From positions 15,872,001 to 15,936,000 of the forward strand of contig NW_024704755.1 of the NCBI RefSeq assembly GCF_018977255.1: a stretch of DNA of 64,000 bases. Reading direction: 5' to 3'. How positions within the stretch are numbered: position 1 is the stretch's first letter; each line of letters opens with the position of its first letter. This document shows positions 25,766 through 36,240 of the stretch, in pieces. This DNA comes from Callorhinchus milii. Its lineage: Eukaryota. The position numbers were made by a program, and so were the translations under genes. The notes beneath the pieces were generated by a model that saw only the letters and a list, made by a program, of their open reading frames with translations, ran no database searches and had not been told where the DNA came from.

Positions 25766-27838
25766 CCCCGGATTCCCGTTAGTAAAGTTGTGGCGCTACG
25801 TGGTACACTTCAGCTGCTCTTAAGTGTTTCAAATTGTCTTGGTGTTGTCGTGAATCATTAAACAAATGAAAAATTGATGAATTTGTACACGTGGGACGTT
25901 TGCCTGTGACTCCTTACTTGCTTCATATATTTTCAATCGAAGGATTCCGAAATTTTCACAAACTTTGTACCTGTCCCGCGATTAATTCAGACATGAGAGA
26001 TGATGGTATGAATATCACTTAAATTACTGTATAGCGAAACTGAACTACTGCACACCCTTTCAGTTATTAAACGCAGCTACAATCTTCACTGAAGTGCGAC
26101 CTCTAGAACTATTTGCACATAAGAACATAAGAATTAGGAGCAGGAGTAGGCCATTCGTGCTTACTCCGCCATTCAATAAGATCATGGCTGATCTTCTCAC
26201 CTAACTCTGATTACATGCACTGAAATCCGCACCTGAAGTGTATTCGCTTGGATTATTTTCCCACGCCATTCGCACACAGATAACCCATATTCCACAGTGA
26301 AAAATACTTGATTGCAAGGCGCACTGCTTCGTATATCCTCAAGTCAAGTGATCTTGTATAATCCAGAGACCCGCCTCCTGCAACACAGCGCTCCACACAG
26401 TCCTGCTCTGGGGTGTTATCACAGACCTGGTGCTCAAGTCCCAATTTAGCAATTGAATTTATAGCCTTCGTGTCAGATTGCTATCAAGTGAAACAAGCTC
26501 ATTCTTGTACCGTCAATACCAGAAGCCAGTTCTCTGTGGAATCAGTGGAAACGGACTTGAAGGATCCATTGGGTTAAACCTATAAAAGCTTTGAATCCAA
26601 CGGAGTTACTGCTTATTACGTTCCAGCATAATCAAACTGCTATTGATGTTCACATACCCTCGCAGCTCACTGTCGAATGAGACAAATGTGAACTATATGG
26701 TCACAGATTAACTGCACAACTCTCCGAAGGTGACCGAGTCTGTCTGTGTGAAATGGTGAATTTGTGACTCTTGACCTACCTGTTGGGTTCTTAAAGTGTC
26801 ATCATTCTATATGAGACCAGAACTATCTTCCGTTAAACCATGAAATGAAGCCATACTGCTAAAAAAATCAAACTAACTAACCATTCCACTTGACTACATC
26901 AAGTGAAACTGAAGTCAAAACAAGTGACTCAAGCTCATACTTGGAAGTTGTTGGAAAACACAAAATCAGAACAAGCAACGGTTACGAAACTTTGATTTAA
27001 ACGTCACACAATAAACTAAGCATATTTAACCAGATTCCGCTCAAATGAACTTGTGCATGTTATCAGAATTTCATAATTACACAGGGAATGATTGATGGTT
27101 TGCAACCTCCCAGTTTGGCTGGAACAAACCTACCAGGGTTAGCTTACAGGACCCATTGGATTGCAAGCAGATAAGTACTTGAGATTACAGTAACGGCTGA
27201 GACTGTTTTAACAGCGAACCGTCACGTTTAATTTACCAAATATAAACGCGGTCGAGCAGTATAAAAGTATTTTATTTCTAAAAGAAAAGAGGTTGGCCGA
27301 GAACAAAAAGATTTATTTAGATGAACAAAACATTCTTGGCGGGTGAAGCAGTCCCCAATTCTCCAGCTGTACTAAAGTAAACCGTCCTGTGAGAGTGTGA
27401 ACACTGAAATGTTAGGCGGTCTTCTTCTCTCAAAAGGAACCTCTCCGATAAACTGCAATTTGTTGATAAGATATGTTGGCAATCAGAAAAAGATCTGACA
27501 ATTTTAATTGCACACAGATCTCAGGCCGCCGGCAGCACTACATTTCTAATATTTTTTAACAAGTACTCCCTAAATACCCCTACACCGGATGTGACCATCG
27601 CCCTATTGGCCGGACTGGATAACAGTCGCCATTGAGATCAAATTCTAACCCATAAAGTTGCATTTTCATATTATAATGCTATTTGACCACTTAAACCTGC
27701 TTCTGGACTCGCCAGTTTAGGTGTGAGGTGTCACGTATCATTGCTCCACTGTTTATACCAAGTCACATGCAACTACATGTTCTAATACTATCACCACTTG
27801 GTATTAGTGGAAGCAAGGTGCCAATTTCCATTTATACC

Positions 27839-30800
27839 ATGTTTGTAAAAATTGTACTTCAGTATTTTCCTGCACTGGGCATCATTTGCACAGGTATTTA
27901 GCTCTTTCTATCTCTCGTTTTAATTTGTTTCCCTATTCGTGACATAGGGAAAATGCTGGAAATTGGATTAATAAAAGAAGAGTAATTTGGTTGGTGTTGA
28001 TTCCATGGTTGAATAATTTCCCTCGCATAACATTTTTGTTTCTATATATAATTTATATTTATATTTTCTCTGACAGTTGCCGCCAATGCTCGCCTCACAG
28101 TGACCCAAACCCCTGAAAGCTCTATTGCGATCGTAGCTGCCAACGTTACCTTCAGGTGCATTTTCTCCCTTTCTGATAATTCTGCTGTGACTGTTGAGTG
28201 GTGGAAACTGGGCGAGAATGAGTTTCTCCAGCCGGGCTCAGACAGCAGGAAACGGTTCCTTACCCAGAGTGGGGAAGCTTCCCTTCAGCTCCTGAGTGTC
28301 AACCTCCAGGACTCAGCAGCCTATTACTGTGGAGTGAGATATCAAGGAAGAGGAATGACAAATGGAACTGGATCATCACTGGTTGTTCATGGTAAGTACA
28401 TGGGTGCTTTGTACTAGACATATTTTTAATTGCATAGGAATAACTAGAGGAATTTTGAATGATTTTCTTTGCTTCAAATAAAAAAGGAACTAAAAAAATT
28501 GTTTTTAAAATAATGTAATACAGTGCCTGGTCGCATCCGAAACACATTACAATATTACAATGAATTCACACTGTATTCTGCACACAGCAAGGTCATACAG
28601 AGAGAATTAGGTAAATTACTTTTTTAACCTAAAGAATTGTTCATAAAGGTCTTAGGAAAATAGGAGCTCTTTTCAAGTACCCAAATCTTTAAAGTCCATC
28701 TGAAGAGAGGTTGTAGAAAAACCTAATTTTAATACCTCCCCCAGTATTGCACTTGGCGTGTCAGTCTGATCTGTGAATCCATAATCTTCTATCCAGAATT
28801 TAGAGTGCAATCAACTGGGTAGAACTGGCACCCACATTACACATTCATTATAATGAAGATTAGCAACGTAACATGAATTATAAGCACAAGATAGATTACA
28901 TCACCTCTGAAACGTGATTCTATTTTAATCCTTATTCTTGGTCTTATTTGGCTGGTGAGAAGTTATATATGACCTATGTTCACTCACGCAAGACAAATAG
29001 TGGAATAATTAAAAAATGTGATCAGGTTTTGCGACAGCCCCAATAAACATGTAAAAACATAAAAGTTGTTCTGACTTTATCTGACGTTGTGTCATTCCAG
29101 CTGCTGTTAAAGTTAAATAGAATTCAGTCTCTCCAGAGCTGAAGATATTTCAGACTAAAGTGCCTGTGTCTCTTAGGCCTGGCTGCATTTATAATTCCTC
29201 AGTGTCTCTTTGTCTCAGTGTCTCAGTGTCAATTCCACGAATGACCAGTGAGAAACTCCATCTGGATACACAGATTTACACAGAATAGCATAATTGTACA
29301 GAATTACACTATTTATGGAACATTTCAATGACCAGAATTTGGCAAATTGTTGAATTCAGTCTTATCTTTGAGGCTGTTATCTGTAGTTCTTAAAATAACT
29401 TACACAAAAAGGTGGCTTCAAAATCAAAGATGTATTAAAGAATTTGCTAAATTCTGTATGTTCAATAATGCCACATTAGTGTAGAAGATCTAGATCCAGG
29501 CTAAATTACACCCTCCTGAAAAGTATCTTGAGTTGAGGGTAAACGGGGAGTCCTTGGAATTGAACTGGTTCAAATGTGACATGTTTGGCAACTGAATGTC
29601 AGACCAGAGCCAGACAGATTCGCAGGACTCCTGGGCATTGCTGTTGAAAAACAATTGTCCCCGCCCTGACCCCAGCTCAGGTTTGAAATGCTGTACACTG
29701 TCTAGTGCCTTGGGACGTCCTCCCGACGTGAAAGACGCTATACAAATGTAATCTTGCTGTTGTTAACTCTGCAAGTCAAAGCCCTAACAGATAGGATGGT
29801 CCTCGCAGGGGGAAAGCTTGCCCGACAGTTCTATCAATGGTAAGCTATGCGATTTTAGCTGGTTAGGCTCCAGCAGTTACCTCAACCACATTCTGGGGTA
29901 CCCAAATCTTGGCTCTTGTCAATTAGCGCCTAAGTTCCAGAAATAGGTGAGCAGGGTGCATCCCTGTGGCACAGTTTGTATCCTCTAAAGCATGGTGATT
30001 GGTCTCCACTTGGGTCAGAAATCTGTCTGCCCCCCAAAAAAAAATTATCCTGCAATCAAAATAACAACGAGAAGCAGTCTATTCCGCGGTTACATTTCCT
30101 GTTCATTGATGGAATTTACATTGAATTTGTTTCATGAGTAACAACTGAAAAGTGGCTCTAGTGATAAATTTGTGCTGTTTTCCCCTGACATATGCTTCAT
30201 AGTTCTTTGATATTCACAAGCGCAGAAATATGCATGGAGATTTTTTTGATCTCTTATATAACAATTAAAGTGTGAAAGTTGAAATTTTCAAAGATTAGGT
30301 ATCAATTTTGATGAAACATAATTAATTACAATAGTTCAGAGGGAAGAATGAACCTCTCTCTAACCACAATGTATTGCAAATCATGGTTGAGCAATTTGAT
30401 CTTGTTTTTGGTCAGCCAGGTGTCTGACACATGCAGAAACCCATGATCATGATAAAGAGAATCCACCCAAACTGATATTTCTAGGTATCTCACCTTCACA
30501 TGGAAATTCCAGAGATAGATTGTTGGAATGGAATACACACTCTCTCCCTAGAGAGACACATCCTGCTTAACTAATTCCAGAAAGTATTAGGTGCAAGTTG
30601 GCAAGAGCCAAGACTTGGGGACCTCAGAGTGTGCTTTAGGGTAACAGCTGGAGTCTAACCAGCTAAAACTATATAGCCTGCCATTAATATCGCTGTCTGG
30701 CAAACTTCCCGCAACTTGTCCAGATAGCACCACCCTACTCGTTGGGGATTTGCCTTGCAGAGCTAACAGGAGGATTCTTTGCCCTAATGATTGGTGTGAT

Positions 30801-31904
30801 TTTCCAAGTCCTCCCAAGAGCTAGGTTGGCAGTGCTATGATCAGCAGTGCCCTGGAGTACTGCAGATCCACTTTGCTCAGGAACCGGATAAGCAACACCC
30901 AAACTGATATTTCTAGGTATCTCACCTACACATGGAAATTCCAGAGATAGATTGTTGGAATGGGATACACACTCTCTCCCTAGAGAGACACATCCTGCTT
31001 AACTAATTCCAGAAAGTATTAGGTGCAAGTTCATTGCCAAACATGTCACCTTGGAGCTAGTTCAGCTCCAAGGAGACCCCAGTTACATCCCCCTCCCCCA
31101 AGGAGGATAGGAGGGAAGGAATGGTTACAGCAGAAATTAATAAAGTACATTTCAATTACAAAGTCTTCAATTTATTACATCACTAATTCCTTCTCTAATC
31201 TGTCTTTCCACAGCTCCCCCGATGCCTCCTTGGATAGTCTCCACAGTGTCTGATGGGAACTCGACCACTTCTCTGACTCTAGTTTGTGAAACGGATGGGT
31301 TTTACCCAGAGGATATCATTGTCACTTGGTATAAAGATGATAAGAACGTTTTCACTGTAAATACAAGAAAGCAGCTTTGGAGAGATGGGAGAGGTTATAA
31401 AGCTTTGAGCTCCTTGGAAGAGACACAGCCTGTGCAGAGCGGGGCTGTTTACACCTGTCTGGTATCTCACCTAAGCCTCAAGACGCCAATCATTGCTATT
31501 TACTCTGTTTCTGGTTCCTATCCAGGTATACTTATTTTATCCTTCTAAATCATGTCTGCTGATAACTTATTTTCACTATTTCTATGTGACCACCACCCCA
31601 ACCCCCACCACCCCACCCTGTCCATATCAACAGAACAGAATTAACCATCATATAACGTTCCTGTTTTGTAACATATCTGAGCTATTCGACACCACGTGTG
31701 CTGTGCCATCATCATTCCTCCGAGAAAATGACGTATTTTATTTATTTGTAAACACTACATAGGTTATATATCGTTAGTACTTATTTTGCAGCTGCTGATC
31801 TCAGGATGCCGGTGGCTATGATTCCTCGGTTAATTCTGTGTTTATTGTTGGTGCTGGTGTTGACAGTTATCATTGTGGATTATCATAAAATCAACTCTAT
31901 TTAA
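27839..31904 (+). CDS. IgSF receptor C: leader-V(J-like)-C1-TM with Arg, 8-aa tail (activating type), 264 aa
   Basis: Exons: 27839-27893 (leader MFVKIVLQYFPALGIICT), 28077-28391 (V: FRC..EWWK..DSAAYYC..NGTGSSLVVH), 31214-31525 (C1: CETDGFYP..TWYK..YTCLVSHLSL), 31792-31904 (AADLRMPVAMIPRLILCLLLVLVLTVIIVDYHKINSI*). All introns are phase 1 GT-AG; 795 nt. A GTAAG donor at 31907 implies a further non-coding exon. Confidence 0.85.
29767..30762. repeat. Unclassified repeat of about 160 bp present as a diverged inverted pair
   Basis: 29767-29920 aligns to the reverse complement of 30601-30762 (roughly three-quarters identity by eye); a partial third copy lies near 37889-37945. Confidence 0.7.
30464..31031. 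repeat. 136-bp direct repeats flanking a 296-bp insert (intron of receptor C)
   Basis: 30464-30599 and 30896-31031 differ at about 2 positions. Confidence 0.9.
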
Positions 31905-32399
31905 AGGTAAGATATTCACTGATTCATTGCCACCGTCCCCCCCACCAACAACATTTTAAATCTATAAATATTTATAGTAGTGACATCATCTTAAATGCAA
32001 TTTCATCCTTGATAAAATCACGAGTCCAGCGCATAATATGGAATGAAGATGCTTTGTTATATTGGATGATGATTAGTGGATAAATAATAATTATTGACTC
32101 ATGATTGCTTTGGATATAGTACCATAAAGTTGAAAAATCTTAAAGTGCTACACATGGCAAGGTCCTTCAAACAGTCATAAAGTAAATTGTTTGTTTGGGC
32201 AAGTACTCAGTCACTATACTTTACAGGTCATCCTACTGTCTGCCTGGCTCAATCAATACACTTGCCACGAAGTTAAACCATGATTCTCTCTGTCAGTTTA
32301 GGTGGATGCAGCATACAGGAAGTGGCATCAGTGGCAACCTGATGACTCTAAAGTTGGCCAATTTTGGGAGATGGAAAGACAGCTAAGTACCAGAAAGCA

Positions 32400-33600
32400 G
32401 ATGTATCGCACTTCCTGATAGTCCAGTCCACAGGACCCAGCATTATGACCATGACAGCTAAAGCCTTCTCTGACCACTGTTTAATCTCCCTAAATTCCTC
32501 TATTTCCCCTCCTGTGACCATCTCCTTCCACTTCTGGAAGAAAATTATCCCTTGCTCCCTCTCTATTGGCCTCGAGTCCTCCAACCTTTTTCCCAACTGC
32601 TCCTCTGCCTCCCACCACCTTACCTCCTCAGTCACCCTGCTGTACAACTCCCTCAAAAAAAACCTTTTAAACAAACTTGCCCACATCACCTCCTACACGG
32701 TCTTCTACTTGCATAAATCCCCCTGGTAGGGATTCACCTCCACTCCCTCAAATCGTTTGTGCTGCTGAATGCACCTGTCTTAATCATTGTTAATTACATT
32801 GTCAATCTTGCATAACAATGGTTAGACCTATCGCTGCGCTTTCACCTCAGCCAAATAGTCCTTCTATTCCAGGATGATCTGAAGGCCAAGGGCAACCCCA
32901 AGCTATTTTTCTCCATCATCAACCACCTCCTTTGACATCTTCCTATATTCCACCTCCAATTTCAAATACGAGGAGATAATGGATCTTCTGAAGTCCAAAA
33001 TTGAGAGGATCTCAAGTTCTCTGCCACTGCCAACCACCCCCCAATCCCCCCCCAACCCACCACTATACAACCCTCCCGCCACACCTCCCACCCCATCTCT
33101 TCTTTATCCCTGTCTTCCCTCATGTACTGTATAAAATCACATGTTCCCTCAATCCCATCTCCACCCCTCTACTGACCTCCCACCCTACTAATTGATATCA
33201 TCAACCTCTCCCAGTCCACTGAGACAATCCCACCTCTTTAAAACTCTTGTTATCATGCCCTTCGCAAAGTATGCTCCTTTGACCCATCCTTACTCCCATT
33301 CCATCTCTGCATTTCCTTTCAAAAATACTGGAACAAAACGCTGCTTCCCAGCTTCACTTTTTCCTTTCCTGGCATTCCTGAATGAACTCCTCCAATCTGG
33401 TTTACTCCACGCCCACAGTAATAATAATCCTTGTATTTGCATTTGAATACAGGACTGTGCTGGTCAAAGTCACCAATGTTATTCTCTCCATTTTCTCCAG
33501 AGGTGATGTTTATAACTATTCAGTACGATTTACATTTGGATAGCAAGGATAGCATGAGGCAGTAGCAGGAGCCAGAGGGAGCCTATGTGTTCTCCTTAAT
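32400..33600 (+). mobile_element. Highly degenerate L2-like remnant
   Basis: C/T-rich segments homologous to the 5' part of the L2 copy at 8.7-10.3 kb (e.g. gtgctggtcaaagtcaccaatg). Confidence 0.5.
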
Positions 33601-34774
33601 CTCTCTGCTGCCTATCAATCATACATTTACAAATGTAAATTTGTACTGTATTGTTATTAAAAAAATGCTAAAGGTGGGGCCATGGATTACTATGCATTTT
33701 TAAATATACTGTTTCTGATTTATAGATCACATCACAAGATCATTTGAATGAGGAAGTAATTTCAGACCATTCAATTAAATTCTTCCACAATACCAATCCT
33801 ACTATCTTCGCATTATAGCAGTAAACTGTCTCTTAAATGAGTCCATCATCCTGTCTTCAACCACTTTTACCCTCTGTCAAGAATTACTTCCTGATATTTA
33901 TCCCTAAACCTGTACCTTCTTGTTCTGGTGCCTTGAGAATATTGTTCTGGGTTTACTTTCTTAGTTGAGGTTAAAGTGTTCAGATTGACTGAAACAAATT
34001 TCTTGTATTAGGTGTCAGTGATGTTTCTCAGGGTTATGGTATATTTCTGAAATTACACGGATACAAAGTGCAAGTATTTTAGCTGCATATTAATTGTTTT
34101 TTCTTCTCTAGGTTTGAGCCTTTCTTTTGTTGTGAAACATTATGGATCAGCTGTTCTTGACATAAAAATGATGCATATATACTGTTGCTAAGCTTTGCCA
34201 GGATTAAACATAAATTTGTAGTACTATAGATTGGTGAAGCTTTGTTAAGTTGACTTGTGTGCTGTTGTATTGCTATGCATTTTGACTAAAAGGGAAAATG
34301 ACTGAAAATTTATACTGCTGTACCTTTAAGTGAAATTTTGCGAATGATTGTGCTAGCATATTTTTTGTAATCTTACTAGAAACGAATGATGTCTGTCTTT
34401 TCCTTAATATCCTTGCTCTGTCTGGTGCAGTTCTGTGGGAAAAGGAATGTATATAAATAAATGGTCTTTGTTGTGTGAGAAATAAGTCNAAAAATTGGTG
34501 TCTATGTGTGAACCAATGCAATAAACAAGTTAGATTATCAACAGAGCTGGTATAGCTGCTGCTTTTTGGAACAGACCCGGGATTGAAACCAAATCTAGCA
34601 AATAAAGAGAAAAGAAATGAAGACCAAGGAAAAAATGATAAAGCAGAAAACATAAACATAAAACTTGTGTAACTACTTCTTCTGCTGCTCAGATTGGGAA
34701 CTATGCCTTTCTGCATCATGCACATTGATATATAAAGCTTTCTTAATGAAACGTCTTGTCTCTGTGACCAAAAC

Positions 34775-34996
34775 ACAAAATACTGCAGATGCTGGAAATC
34801 TGAAAGCAAAAACAGAAGTCGCTGGGAACACTCAGCAGGTCAGGCATCATCTCTGGAGAAAGGAAAGTGAGTCAACGTTTCGGGTCCACGACCCTTCGTC
34901 AGAACTGGAAGGGTCGTGGACCCAAAACATTGACTCACTTTCCTTTCTCCATAGATGCTGCCTGACCTGCTGAGTGTTCCCAGCAACTTCTGTTTT
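34775..34996. mobile_element. Penelope-like terminal repeat in inverted (hairpin) configuration
   Basis: Arms 34809-34897 and 34908-34996 (89 bp, 5 mismatches) around a 10-nt loop; homologous to 550-650. Confidence 0.7.
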
Positions 34997-35489
34997 GGTC
35001 ATCCTGTCTCGGTGAGCCTGATTATCTCTGCGTCCAAAAATAAATAATTAACCCATTGTAGGCCGGGCATCTTCTCCAGAATCGTAGAAACTTCGAAAGA
35101 GAAAGAAAGATGACTTTTGAGCCATGGTGCTCTGTATGCTACATCCTGGAAATTAACACGATTTCTATGGTTCTTGTTTAGGAAACTTGTAAAGCTTTGC
35201 ACTGTGTGTAGAATGGCCTCCAGCTTCTTTTACCAAGTTGTTTCACGGTGTTGTAGCGCCATCTGTTGATTCTTTGTCAATCTGCACGGGAATGGCATTA
35301 TTTGGGGAAAAGCAACCACAATTTACATTCATATAGTAACTTTCATGATAGGCACATTTCTGAAGTGCTTCACACCGCTGACTACGCCCACGCTGGTGGG
35401 TGTAGGGGTGTGTCTCAAAGTACAGTAAACAAAATATAGATTTAAAACAAGCCCACATCAAGAGCGGCTCTTTTAATCTCAACCTTATA

Positions 35490-36240
35490 CACTCTCCTCA
35501 ACAACAATTTGCATTTATATGGCACCTTTCATGTGGGTTGAGCACTCAAAACCACAAGAGAGTGAGGATGAAAATAATAATGGTAATAATCCTTGCATTT
35601 GAGACGGTGCTTTACCACATCTTCGAGACGTCCCAAAGCACTTCACAGAATATAAAATAATAACCCTTGCATTTGATGTAGCACTTTTCATGTCTTCTAG
35701 ACATCTCAAAGTGCTTCACAGAATATACTTTAAAGTGAATTGACTGTATCGCCTGTGGAAGAAAGGCAGTAGCCAACTGCACACAACAATGTCTCACAAA
35801 CAGTCATGATTGAGTGACAAATTATTATTATTATTTTGAAGGGATTATTACCCCCAGAAAAGTGATCTGCCAATTGACTAACAACCAGGCTCCTACTTGC
35901 TGCGAGGTAAACAGAGGCCTGTGGGATAAGGGAGTGTACCTAACATTTCACCCTGCCCAGCAATCTAACCCAGGTCCTCTCGCTTGTGAGGTGAGTGCAC
36001 TAACCACTGAGCTACAGGACTCCAAATAATAATAATAATCCTTACATTTGATATAGCGCTTTTCACGTCGGGAGGACGTCCCAAAGCACTTCACAAGAAC
36101 ACACTGTAAAGTGAATTGACTGTATATTTGTGGGCGAACGCGGCAGCCAATTGCGCACAGCAACGTCCCACAAACAGTCGTAGATTGAAAATGACCAATT
36201 TTTATTTTTTTTGGTTTTGGAGGGATTATTATATATAATG
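35490..36240 (-). mobile_element. Stack of SINE copies and tails (near-full copy 35656-36023; 5'-truncated young copy 36025-36240)
   Basis: Repeated ttgcatttgatatagcgc tails; head gctacaggactcc at about 36011-36023. Confidence 0.85.

Noticed and set aside
28096-28102. RSS heptamer CACAGTG in the V exon of receptor C
   Set aside because: It lies in FR1 coding sequence (LTVT) and has no nonamer at 12- or 23-bp spacing.
35490-36240. Regularly recurring ~40-bp motif suggestive of a CRISPR-like array
   Set aside because: These are stacked SINE/L2 3' tails in a eukaryotic genome; there are no spacers or cas genes.
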